Origin: a virus
Lineage: Duplodnaviria; Caudoviricetes
Strand: one strand, 5' to 3'
Length of the DNA: 64,000 bases
Virus record (IMG/VR): IMGVR_UViG_2930578203_000001
Location: 57,299 to 121,298 of that record
In this document: one piece after another, positions 48,741-57,710 of the stretch
How positions within the stretch are numbered: the stretch's first letter is position 1
Layout: each line of letters opens with the position of its first letter
Position numbers and translations under genes: made by a program
The notes under the pieces: generated by a model
Told to the model about the DNA's origin: nothing
Seen by the model: the letters and a program-made list of their open reading frames with translations, nothing else
Databases searched by the model: none

Positions 48741-50417
48741 GTCGAAGTAGGGGGCGAACTTCTTCGCGAGACCAAGATCCGGCATCGGCGCGCGCCGGTA
48801 GACGTCGGCGAGGACGGGCTGGTCGTTCTCCTCCAGGAGCGCGATCACCTCGGCGCGTTGCCCCTGCACGAAGTCCCGGAGCTGAGCCAAACCCGGCTCT
48901 CCGTTCGCGTAGATCGGCTGGAGTAGGTCACGCCGAGTAGTGAACTTCAAGCGGGCCTGTACCTCGGCTTCGTCGAGCAGAGCCTGGCGCGCGATCTCCG
49001 TCGGGTCGTTCGGCTTCTTCCTCGGGGCGCGTCTGGCCGCGGGCCGGGCCGGGATGTCCTGCGGCTCCTCGGCCGCGCTGGTGTCCTCGGGTGTCTCAGC
49101 GGACGGAAGCTCCTCGGCCTGCGGGTCCGGCGGCGGAGGGGTGGCGCCTTCGGCCGGAGGCTCCTGCTCGGGCGTGGGCGGGACCGGCGCCGAGGACTCC
49201 GGCGGCGTCTCGCGGTGCTCGCGCGCCTTGTCCTGCTCGACCGTGGCCGGCGGAGTGCTGGTCGTCTCTCCCTGCCCGTCGTCGGTGCCGGTCGCCTCTC
49301 CCCGCTGCTGGTCCCCCGCGCCCTGCTGGCGCTTCTCGGCCTGTGCCTTGATGTACGCGAGGGAGCGGGCGATCAGGGCGTCCGCGCTCATCTTCCCGAG
49401 CCGGGACTCGGTGGGGAGCTGCTGAAGGGTGCGGATGCCCCACTCCTCGCGGATGCCCTGCAGGGCCATCTCGGGGTTGGTCGGGTCTTCCAGCGCCTTC
49501 TTGATGAGCGCGGCCGCCTTCGGGCCGGTTAGCTCGTTGTCCGCGGGGCGCTGCTGAGCACGCTGGGGCTGGGTGGGCTGCTGCTCGTCGAGGTAGGCCT
49601 CCGGGCGCGACTCGGTGACCTGACGGTGTGTGGCCGCTTCCTCGAACCCCATACGGCGCAAAAGGGCGTCGATGCTGAAGTCCTCGAACCGGACGGTATC
49701 GCCGGGCTTCACGTCCCAGTGCAAGGTGCGCACTCCCGTCAGGTACGCATCACCGATGCCGCGCATCTCCACGATCGCGTCGACGGCGGCCGGGAGATTC
49801 TTCTCCGCCTTGATCTTCCGGGTCGTGTTGCGGGTGGGCTTGTCGTTCTCGAAAGCCGTGACAACCTCCTGACGGGCGATCATCACCACGGGCCCGGCGT
49901 GGCGGCGGAGCATCCAAAGGATCTCGCCCCACCTGTCCTTGGCCCGGTTCCACAAGTCAGGGTCGACGACGACCGGATCGTCCAGGCTGGGTGCGCGGCG
50001 ACGGCTCTCCTGTGCCTTGTTCACGGCTCGTCGCCGGGCGAACAGGGCCTGCTCGTCGCTGATCATGTCCCACAGGTTGGAGCCATTGTCGATGACGATC
50101 ATGTTCGGCTTGCCTGCGACGCGTTGCGGCTGGTGCACGGCCCACCGGATGGCGTCGAGGATGTCCTGGTAACTGCCGTCATGCGGAACGATCTCGTAGT
50201 TGGCGCCGGGGACTCGACCGTAGTAGTCGGCTGTTCCCTCAGACCCGCCGATCTCAATCCAGAACGCGATGCCGATCAGGTCGGAGCCGGTACCACGGGC
50301 GGCCTCGTGGCTCTTGCCGCATTTCTCCGGACCGCACAGCACGATCATGGGCGGGTTGGGGAGACCGGTCGGCCGGCGGGACTTGCGTTCACGCAAGGGC
50401 GTGGTGATACCAGGCAT
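48720..50417 (-). CDS. AAA ATPase, Sak4-like phage recombination protein, with long C-terminal extension
   Basis: LCGPEKCGKS Walker A, MIVIDN Walker B, VVMIARQ, IKAEKNLP. Confidence 0.75.
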   Translation of the reverse strand: MPGITTPLRERKSRRPTGLPNPPMIVLCGPEKCGKSHEAARGTGSDLIGIAFWIEIGGSEGTADYYGRVPGANYEIVPHDGSYQDILDAIRWAVHQPQRVAGKPNMIVIDNGSNLWDMISDEQALFARRRAVNKAQESRRRAPSLDDPVVVDPDLWNRAKDRWGEILWMLRRHAGPVVMIARQEVVTAFENDKPTRNTTRKIKAEKNLPAAVDAIVEMRGIGDAYLTGVRTLHWDVKPGDTVRFEDFSIDALLRRMGFEEAATHRQVTESRPEAYLDEQQPTQPQRAQQRPADNELTGPKAAALIKKALEDPTNPEMALQGIREEWGIRTLQQLPTESRLGKMSADALIARSLAYIKAQAEKRQQGAGDQQRGEATGTDDGQGETTSTPPATVEQDKAREHRETPPESSAPVPPTPEQEPPAEGATPPPPDPQAEELPSAETPEDTSAAEEPQDIPARPAARRAPRKKPNDPTEIARQALLDEAEVQARLKFTTRRDLLQPIYANGEPGLAQLRDFVQGQRAEVIALLEENDQPVLADVYRRAPMPDLGLAKKFAPYFDSAPAGQ

Positions 50418-50533
50418 CGGTGATCCTTCGTTCGGGACGCGCGGGTTGCTCTGCCCGCGCAGAATGAGACAGCGGAACCGTTAAGCTCTCACAGTCTCAT
50501 TGCTGCACTATTCTACCCGTACGAAGGCCTGAC

Positions 50534-50944
50534 TCAATGCCTGTTCAGCAGATCAGCGACAGGTTTTTCGAGGTCAGGGTCGTGATCCTCGCGATGCCGG
50601 GCGTACCAGGCGTCTAGGTCCTCTGCGCCTTCGCCCTCGGCGTCGGCCTCGCCCTCGTGCGCGCTCCACTCGGCGACGGCGTCCGCGTATTCCCCCTCGA
50701 CCGTCTTCGGGTCGCGACGGTTCAGCGCCTTGCTGATCTCCTGCCAGTCGGCGCCAGCCAGGGCTTCGCCGAGTACGACTCGGTCCACGTACTCGTTGAC
50801 CATCTGTCGCAGTTCGCGTGCGCGCTGGATGCGTTCGGTGGAATTGACTGGCTCGGCTGTCGCGCCGACCGCCTGACGGGCCAGGTCGGAAAGGTCGCGG
50901 GCGGCACGGGCGGCGGCGATCCGGGCCAGGATCTCCGGTCTCAT
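50534..50944 (-). CDS. Hypothetical protein (possible HTH 'GADWQEISKAL')
   Basis: ORF in the leftward operon. Confidence 0.65.
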   Translation of the reverse strand: MRPEILARIAAARAARDLSDLARQAVGATAEPVNSTERIQRARELRQMVNEYVDRVVLGEALAGADWQEISKALNRRDPKTVEGEYADAVAEWSAHEGEADAEGEGAEDLDAWYARHREDHDPDLEKPVADLLNRH

Positions 50945-51022
50945 GAAGGGTCCGATCATGCAGGCGGCGGGCACCCCCGTGGAGGGTGCCCGCCGCGTTG
51001 GTGCGGGTGGGTGCAGCATGCC

Positions 51023-52261
51023 TTACGGCAGTGCTGCGGTCATCACGTCCTCGACCGTGAAGTTGTCGGGCAGGGTCTGGTTCAGGAGGTTGGCCGCGTA
51101 CGTGGAGAGCAGGCGGCGGCGGACCTTGCGGCCGTTCTGCGCGGTCTGGCCCATCGCCCGTCCGATGGCGGAGCCGGTCAGGTCTCCGCTGTTGAAGCGG
51201 TCTATGTCGCGGGCCTGGATCGCATCCTTGATCATGTCGTACACCTGCGCCTCGGTGAGCGGGGTCGACGTCGCCGCCGGAGTCGGGGCGGGCGGCTGAG
51301 CAGCGGGTGCGGGCGCGGGGGATGGGGCTGAGGGCGGGGCCGCTGTGGGTGTGGGAACGGTGGCGGTCACCCGGCGGGGCGTCGTCTGCGCAGCCGGGAC
51401 GGGCGCGAGCGGCTTGGCGCCCCCTGCCGCGGGAGCAGGCAGAGCAGCGAAGGGCCCGGTGGTCTCGATGCCGGCCGCGGCGAGCCCGTCCGGCGCGGTC
51501 TCGGCGAGGGGGATGCCATTGCGCGCCAGGCGCAGCGGCAGCAGTGCCTCGACCGGCGCCTTCCGGCGCCACTTCCGGCCGAACCGTCCGCGGAGCTTGG
51601 CCTGGTAGACCAGGCGCTCCTGCTCCAGTTTGAGGACGGTGTCATACGACTCCTGCTCCCACAGATTCATGCGGCGCCACAGCACGAACGTGGGCCCCGG
51701 GGAGAGGAGCCAGCGCTTCCAGCGGACCTTGTCGAGGCGGCGGCGACGGCCGGTCGCGGCGCCGATGCGGACGGCGTAGACGTGTGCGGCGATCTCGGAA
51801 ACGCCTACCCACAGCAGGGAGATCGCGCCGTGTGCGACCTTCGCCCACAGGGAGTTGCCCGCGGCGACGTTCAGGGCGCAGGTGATCAGGCTCAGCGCCC
51901 AGGGCACGAACCGCACCCACGCCAGAGCCATGTCCATACGGATCAGGTAGAGGTTGGCCGCGGTGAACACGGGAATCGCCGAGTCGATGGACACGGGCAG
52001 AACCCATGGGTCATCGAATCCCCAGGACACCGCTTTGAGTGAGACCGCGTCGAAGGACGCGTAGAAGCCCAGGGCGCCGACGCCGACGGCGAGCAGCGAG
52101 GTCAGGACGGCGCCGAAGCGCTCCCAGCGGGTGAGCGGCGGCACTCCGGACTCGGTGAGCGGCCTCGGCTGCTTCGCCCTGCCCTTACGGGCACGCAAAA
52201 ACGGCAGATTCGACAAGACACCATCCCTTCGTTCGGGTCGCCCCGGCCGACGTATGCTCAT
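51023..52261 (-). CDS. DUF2637-like membrane protein (Spd-like mobile-element protein); start uncertain
   Basis: 4 TM; FYASFDAV, LPVSID, ITCALNV, KVAHG, RWLLSP..TF.LWRRM.LWE. Confidence 0.75.
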   Translation of the reverse strand: MSIRRPGRPERRDGVLSNLPFLRARKGRAKQPRPLTESGVPPLTRWERFGAVLTSLLAVGVGALGFYASFDAVSLKAVSWGFDDPWVLPVSIDSAIPVFTAANLYLIRMDMALAWVRFVPWALSLITCALNVAAGNSLWAKVAHGAISLLWVGVSEIAAHVYAVRIGAATGRRRRLDKVRWKRWLLSPGPTFVLWRRMNLWEQESYDTVLKLEQERLVYQAKLRGRFGRKWRRKAPVEALLPLRLARNGIPLAETAPDGLAAAGIETTGPFAALPAPAAGGAKPLAPVPAAQTTPRRVTATVPTPTAAPPSAPSPAPAPAAQPPAPTPAATSTPLTEAQVYDMIKDAIQARDIDRFNSGDLTGSAIGRAMGQTAQNGRKVRRRLLSTYAANLLNQTLPDNFTVEDVMTAALP

Positions 52262-52365
52262 AGCCGTCCGGGTCGATCAAACGATATAGCGTCTTTCCTT
52301 CGCACGCTCTGACGTAATTCACACCGCGTCAGTTTCGTCCCGTAAGGGGGCTTTTCTCGGCGCGG

Positions 52366-53196
52366 TCACCAGTCGAGAGGCTTCGCCGGCTTCCGTCGGT
52401 CCGGTCCGTGGATCTTCACGAGGTGGGCGGAGGCTTCGAGCCGGGACAGAAGCCGCTCGCCGAGGATGTCCACCACACCCAAGCCGGGGTGTTCCTCCGA
52501 CCGGCGGCTGCGCAGGTTTGTGGAGAACGCCGTGGCGCGGCCGGCCGCGAGCCGGGAGTCGATCAGGTCGATGGTCTCCTTGCGAGCGAACTCCGTGGCG
52601 GTCATGTCCATCTCGCCGCACAGCTCGTCGAGAATCAGCAGATCGCAGGTGACGAACCGCTCCCGCACCTGGTGCGCGGTCAGGTTGTGCGGAGCGGAGT
52701 CGGGACGGCGCCATGTCAGGTAGGTGGCGTGCTTCACGAACCGCACGACCAGGCCCTGCTCCGCGGCCTCGTTGCCGAGCGCGCACACTGCGGCCGTCTT
52801 TCCGCTGCCGATGTTCCCCGGCACGATCAAGTTCAGGACCTCCGGCCGCGCCTCGCGCTTCTTCGCCTCAACCAGTGAACTCATCCAGTTCCGCAAGGTG
52901 TTCGGCTTCTGGCTCGGGTCCAAGTGCTCGAAGCGGAAGTGCAGGTATTCGTCGTGCGCCGCGTCCGTCATGCTGTTCCTCCACAAGTTCCGCCGTGCGC
53001 GGGCCTGCGGAACGCTCACGTCTTCCCACAGTCCGTCTTCCGGCTCCGGCTGCGCAGGCACGCCGAGCTTGGACATGTCCGCCCCGCTGCGCTCCAGAAC
53101 AGCCATCAGGTGCTCGCTGAGCGCGCCGAAGGAGTTCATCCCGCGGGCCGGTGCGGGGACCGCCGGGGCGTCCGTGGTGAGAGACATCAGGGTCAC
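52366..53196 (-). CDS. DnaC/IstB-like helicase loader ATPase
   Basis: GNIGSGKT, DLLILDEL, LIDSR, STNL, GERLLSRL, GPDRR. Confidence 0.88.
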   Translation of the reverse strand: MTLMSLTTDAPAVPAPARGMNSFGALSEHLMAVLERSGADMSKLGVPAQPEPEDGLWEDVSVPQARARRNLWRNSMTDAAHDEYLHFRFEHLDPSQKPNTLRNWMSSLVEAKKREARPEVLNLIVPGNIGSGKTAAVCALGNEAAEQGLVVRFVKHATYLTWRRPDSAPHNLTAHQVRERFVTCDLLILDELCGEMDMTATEFARKETIDLIDSRLAAGRATAFSTNLRSRRSEEHPGLGVVDILGERLLSRLEASAHLVKIHGPDRRKPAKPLDW

Positions 53197-53201
53197 GCTC
53201 C

Positions 53202-54251
53202 TTACGGTCGTTCGACGATGCCGAACGTGGCGTCGTCATGGTCGTCATCAGCGGGTGTGCTGGGCGGTGGGCCGTTGGTGGCTCCCGGGATGATCGACGT
53301 GCTGTCGCCCGGACCGCCCCACGTCGCGGCGTCGCTGTACGGGACGCGGCCGCCAGCGTTCCGGGGCTGGATGTGGTTGGCGACGATGCCGAGGGCGTCC
53401 TGCCACTGCTGTGCGCTGGGCCAGTGCTTCGCGGCGCGGATAAGGGCCTTGCCGCACTGATTCTTGGTGTAGCCCTTCTCCAGGGCGTTGCGGACCTGCT
53501 TGCGCATGCCGAGGTATCCGTGCTTGTCCCCGACGTACGGGCCGTACCGCTTCTCCGCGTCCGCCCACCACCACTTGGCGACCTCCTCGGCGTCCGCGTC
53601 GAGGAGGGCTTTCTCCGCTGCCTTCTGGGCGGCCGCTTCCTTCGGCTCCTCGGCTGAAGCCTTGGGCGTCGCCTTCTTCGCCGGAGCCTTCTTGGCGGCC
53701 GCGGGCTTGGCAACCTGGGAGGGCTTCAGTGCCGGGGAGGCCGGCGTCTCCGGCTCCTCGGCGGGCGTCTCCTCCTCGAGCTCGTCGTCGAGGTCGGGCT
53801 CGGCGCCCGCGGCCTCGGTGGTGAACCCATCGGTGCCGAACGAGCCGTCGGGGTAGTGCACTTGGAAAGAGCCGTCCTCCTGCTCAACCACCGGGACGGT
53901 CAGGTTCTCACCGAAGGTGACGTAGTCCTTGGCCCATTGCTCGACGCGGAACTCGGAGATGGCGGTACCCATGGCGTTCTGGCCGTTGCGGAACCGGCGG
54001 CGCTCCAGGCGGTAATGGCCGCGGCGCGCCAACTCGTGCAGCGCTTTGCGGACGGCGTCCCGTCCTTCCCGGCCCTCTCCCTTAGAGAGCTGTTCGGACT
54101 TCACCTGCCAGTCCTCGCTCTGATCCAGGAGGTACGTCAGGATTCCCAGGGCGCGATAGCTCATGGCGGTGTCGCGAACCGTCTGGGAGTCGACGTGGAC
54201 GTAGGGGCGTCGGTTGATCCGGACGCCGTTACGACTGATCAAGCGGCTCAC
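53202..54251 (-). CDS. Replication initiator (replisome organiser, N-terminal HTH)
   Basis: RDTAMSYRALGILTYLL...EGRDAVRKALHELARRG; adjacent to the DnaC-like gene. Confidence 0.8.
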   Translation of the reverse strand: MSRLISRNGVRINRRPYVHVDSQTVRDTAMSYRALGILTYLLDQSEDWQVKSEQLSKGEGREGRDAVRKALHELARRGHYRLERRRFRNGQNAMGTAISEFRVEQWAKDYVTFGENLTVPVVEQEDGSFQVHYPDGSFGTDGFTTEAAGAEPDLDDELEEETPAEEPETPASPALKPSQVAKPAAAKKAPAKKATPKASAEEPKEAAAQKAAEKALLDADAEEVAKWWWADAEKRYGPYVGDKHGYLGMRKQVRNALEKGYTKNQCGKALIRAAKHWPSAQQWQDALGIVANHIQPRNAGGRVPYSDAATWGGPGDSTSIIPGATNGPPPSTPADDDHDDATFGIVERP

Positions 54252-54541
54252 GGAGTGGCCTCGGTGGCGTTGTCGTCGACGAGGCGGGCGTACGTGCGCC
54301 ACGTCGGTCTGCCAGTGCCGCCCCTCTCGTAGCGCCGGTCGTGCTCTATGAGGCCGGCCGCGCGCAGTTCGCTGATAGGCAGGCGGATCTGGTGGGAAGT
54401 CATCTCGAGCTGTTCAGCGACGGAGGAGAGCGGGACCCACCCTCGTTCCATGTCTACCGCGAGCACGTAGAGGATGCGGAACGCGCGGTCGGATATGCCG
54501 CTGGCAAGTGCCGGTTTCATCACGTCAGTGGGCGTGGCCAT
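54248..54541 (-). CDS. Winged-helix DNA-binding protein
   Basis: ISDRAFRIL...SVAEQLEMT...ISELRAAGLI. Confidence 0.7.
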   Translation of the reverse strand: MATPTDVMKPALASGISDRAFRILYVLAVDMERGWVPLSSVAEQLEMTSHQIRLPISELRAAGLIEHDRRYERGGTGRPTWRTYARLVDDNATEATP

Positions 54542-54596
54542 CGTTGTTCCTCAGGAGGGAAGCGGGGCCCGGCCGCCGGGGGCTGGGCCCGGGCGG

Positions 54597-55202
54597 TCAG
54601 TGCTGGGCGTCCTCGGCGGTGGGCCGTGGTCCGGCCATCAGCTCTGGCTTCTCCTTGAGGAGGTCGTTCAAGGCCCCCTCCTGGTAGAGGCGCATCAGCC
54701 GCTTCTTGCCGACCTCGCCCTGCTCCCACGTCCACGTCAGGTTCCCCGTGGGGTCCCCGCCCTTCTCGTACTTGAGGCCCCGCACCACTTCGCCGTTGCG
54801 GGTATCGATGATCTGTCCCGTGTCCTCGTCGTACTTGGCGTACGTGAGCAGGGACGCTTCCCATGTGGGGTTCCGGCGGATGATGACCTCTATGCCGCCG
54901 TGGCTGTCGGCGTACTCGTTGAGTGCCGCTTCGTTGTCCTCGTCGACGACGACCTTCGGCTGTGCCAGGTTGACTTTGTAGCGGCCGATCACGTCGTCAC
55001 CGACTCGGATGATGAGGTCCGACTGTCCGCCCTCGACGTACCCCTTGATCAACGGGACCTTCGGCGCGTCCACCACCGGCTTGACGACCTTCTTCTGATG
55101 GTCGCTCAACAGGCGGGCAAGGGCGCCGATCAGACCGACGTCCGAAAGGCGAGGCTCGGCTGGCTGGTCGGCCTGCGGGTCCTCCACGGCGTCGTTCACC
55201 AT
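54597..55202 (-). CDS. Hypothetical protein, first gene of the leftward operon
   Basis: GGAAGGAAGG RBS; MVNDAVEDPQ...; good codon bias only from this ATG. Confidence 0.75.
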   Translation of the reverse strand: MVNDAVEDPQADQPAEPRLSDVGLIGALARLLSDHQKKVVKPVVDAPKVPLIKGYVEGGQSDLIIRVGDDVIGRYKVNLAQPKVVVDEDNEAALNEYADSHGGIEVIIRRNPTWEASLLTYAKYDEDTGQIIDTRNGEVVRGLKYEKGGDPTGNLTWTWEQGEVGKKRLMRLYQEGALNDLLKEKPELMAGPRPTAEDAQH

Positions 55203-55286
55203 TGCGGTGTTCCTTCCTTCCCCGGACGCCAAGGCCCAGGGGTTTGGGACTGTCCCGGGCGGGGTGTTCCGGGGCGTCGTATGGAG

Positions 55287-55315
55287 GTACGACAACCGCC
55301 GATTTTTGTTACACC
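55287..55315 (-). promoter_or_regulatory. ECF-type promoter for the replication operon
   Basis: Minus strand GGTGTAAC-N16-CGTAC; matching copy at 62298-62326. Confidence 0.65.
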
Positions 55316-55631
55316 TAGGCCCAGGTAGCTGGGTCGCTCTCCCAGCCGCTTTGGATAGTACAGCAATGAGACTCGCGTGTGTAGACGCGACGGTAGAGGC
55401 GCATCTCCTTACGTTCCCCCACGGCCCTACTGCTCCCGGCGACGTCACCGGAAGCGGTGGAGCCCCGGCGCCGCCCCATCCGGAACGAGGGCAGCACCGG
55501 CCCGGCGACGGGCGGGGACCGGCCATGACGGCATCGTCCTGCTTGCGAGGCAGGGCGCCGCGGTAGAAGTCCGCGGGCTCGCAGCCCCCTCCCATCGCCG
55601 GCACCGACGCATGGGAGAGGACCAACCAGCC

Positions 55632-56267
55632 GTGACCGAGACGATCGCCAGGCCGCCGCGCTACATCGCCTACGTGCCGCTCACCGACTTGACGCCGGCA
55701 CCGCGGAACCCCAAGCGGCACGAGCTGGAACTCCTCATCGACGCCATCCGCATGCACGGCCTGGTCGAAGTCCCCGTCGCCGACGAGCGCACCCAGTACG
55801 TCCTCCACGGCCACGGCCGCCGCGAGGCCCTGATTGAGATGCAGAGCCGTGGGATGTCCCTGCCCGGCGGCGTCGCCCTGGACGAGGACGGCGGATGGCT
55901 CGTCCCCCTGCTGCGCGGCTGGTCCTCCCGATCCGACGCGGAAGCTGAGGCCCTGGCTATCAAGCTCAACCGCCTCCCGGGCGAAGGTGGATGGGACCCC
56001 CGCGAGTTCGCCGCGGTCCTCGAGGACCTGGCGACCGGCGACGCGGACCTGTTCGACTCCCTGGCCATCCCCCACGACGAGATCGACAAGCTCCTCGGCC
56101 AGGTCGACCCCGAGACCCTGCCCGGCGGCATCCGCGAGGACGAACCGCCCACACTCCACCTGCCCGACGACGGCGAGCGGGATGGTGGCCTCAGTCCCGA
56201 CGACGACGGCCGCGCCGCGCACACGGCCTGCCCCGCCTGCGGCCACCTGTTCAACAGCGGCCGCTGA
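55632..56267 (+). CDS. ParB/Srx N-terminal-like domain protein with C-terminal CPxCG
   Basis: LTPAPRNPKRH, DAIRMHG, VLHGHGRREAL, NRL. Confidence 0.75.
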   Translation: MTETIARPPRYIAYVPLTDLTPAPRNPKRHELELLIDAIRMHGLVEVPVADERTQYVLHGHGRREALIEMQSRGMSLPGGVALDEDGGWLVPLLRGWSSRSDAEAEALAIKLNRLPGEGGWDPREFAAVLEDLATGDADLFDSLAIPHDEIDKLLGQVDPETLPGGIREDEPPTLHLPDDGERDGGLSPDDDGRAAHTACPACGHLFNSGR

Positions 56268-56287
56268 ACCCGCCGCGAGGTCCCCCC

Positions 56288-56932
56288 ATGTCCACCCGAC
56301 GCAAGGCCCGCCGGCCACAGAGCCGCGGCGGCCGCCCGCGCCTGCTCTCCGACGAGGTCGAGGCGCGCCTCGTCAATGCCTCTCGAACGGGCATCGCCGT
56401 CGAGCTGGCCGCCGAGATGGCCGGGATCTCCCGTACCAGCTTCCTGCGCTGGATGGCGTTCGGCCGTGCCGAGATCGAGGCCCGCGAGTCAGGGGAGGAA
56501 CCCGACGAGGAGGCGGAGGAGTACGCCGCCCTGTACGAGAAGGTCCGCACCGCACGCGCCCACGCGGCCGCGCGCGCCATGGCGAACATCCGCAGGGTCG
56601 CGGACGGCGGGATTGTCACCAAGACCACCACCCGACAGTTCCGGGACTCCGTCACTGGCGAGATCGTCACAGAGACCGTCGAGGACCGCACCGCGCCGGA
56701 CTGGCGCGCGGACGCCTGGTACCTCGAGCGCCAGCACCGTGAGCACTACGGCAAGGACGCGATCGTCGCGGTCGAGATCACCGGCCTGGGCGACATCCCG
56801 TCCGGCGCGGACGACCAGGCCGTCGACATGGCCGCGCTCGCCGAGCGCCTGAACCACAGCCTGTTCTCTGTCCAGTACCCGCCTGAACTCGAGGACGGAT
56901 CCGTCCTCGACGCCGAGGTCCTGGACGAGTAG
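56288..56932 (+). CDS. Terminase small subunit-like HTH protein
   Basis: GRPRLL, AAEMAGISRTSFLRW HTH, PDWRADAWYLER. Confidence 0.6.
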   Translation: MSTRRKARRPQSRGGRPRLLSDEVEARLVNASRTGIAVELAAEMAGISRTSFLRWMAFGRAEIEARESGEEPDEEAEEYAALYEKVRTARAHAAARAMANIRRVADGGIVTKTTTRQFRDSVTGEIVTETVEDRTAPDWRADAWYLERQHREHYGKDAIVAVEITGLGDIPSGADDQAVDMAALAERLNHSLFSVQYPPELEDGSVLDAEVLDE

Positions 56933-56961
56933 ACGGACGCCTGTCAGCGGTCACCTGTTGA

Positions 56962-57636
56962 ATGCCGGACATGGACATCGTTGAGGGCAGCATCGCGGCA
57001 GTCGCCGCAGCGTTCAGTGGCTGGGCGGCGTGGAGCGCGATGAAAGCTGCGAAGTCGTCGGACCGGAACTCGCAGACGGCCAACCGGACAGCCGAGCTGG
57101 CCTACCAAACGGCCGAATCGGTCGCCCAGATCGAACGGAACCGCTGGCACCAGGACCTGACGCCGCAAATCTCCTTCCGGATCGATGACGAGAGGGGGTG
57201 GCCTGACCTGATGGTGCGGTACACGGCGCCGTCAGGAATCAGCCGACTGGACTCGGTGGAGCTGCGCGTACGCGACGACCGCAACCGCGAGGAGGACCCG
57301 GTCCTCGCGGGCAGCCTGACCCCGGAGGAACGGCGGGCAACGATCTGGGGCCCCTACCGCTTCCGAATCTACGACCGCAGCACCGAGGCCGAAGGCATTG
57401 GCCGAATTCCTGAGCCCTTCTCGCTTGCTCGAGGCGATGTTCAGCGCCTGACCCTGGAAACGACTTTCCCGCACTCGCACTACGGCGGCAGCTCCACCGA
57501 CTGGGAGCACCACTACGCGGGCGAACCCCTCCGGTTGTGGATCGTCTGCCGCGCGGAGGGCCACAAACCGTGGGAGCTGACCGTCGACGTGCCGGAGCAG
57601 ACCGCCGAGTACGGGGCGTGGACCCTGGCCCAATAG
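56962..57636 (+). CDS. Membrane-anchored moron protein
   Basis: N-terminal TM IAAVAAAFSGWAAWSA followed by a coiled stretch and a beta domain. Confidence 0.7.
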   Translation: MPDMDIVEGSIAAVAAAFSGWAAWSAMKAAKSSDRNSQTANRTAELAYQTAESVAQIERNRWHQDLTPQISFRIDDERGWPDLMVRYTAPSGISRLDSVELRVRDDRNREEDPVLAGSLTPEERRATIWGPYRFRIYDRSTEAEGIGRIPEPFSLARGDVQRLTLETTFPHSHYGGSSTDWEHHYAGEPLRLWIVCRAEGHKPWELTVDVPEQTAEYGAWTLAQ

Positions 57637-57642
57637 CCAGCA

Positions 57643-57677
57643 CGCGACGCTAACCAGGCGCGCCATGCACGGTGCCC
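57643..57677 (+). promoter_or_regulatory. Late-promoter-like motif (copy 13) before the endolysin
   Basis: CGCGACGCTAAC...CACGGTGCCC. Confidence 0.62.
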
Positions 57678-57710
57678 TCCACCTGATCACCCAGTGGAGG
57701 GCACCACCCC

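Noticed and set aside
55203-56318. 573-aa minus-strand ORF as one gene
   Set aside because: The upstream part is antisense to the ParB-like gene and spans the promoter region; a real start at 55202 has a strong SD
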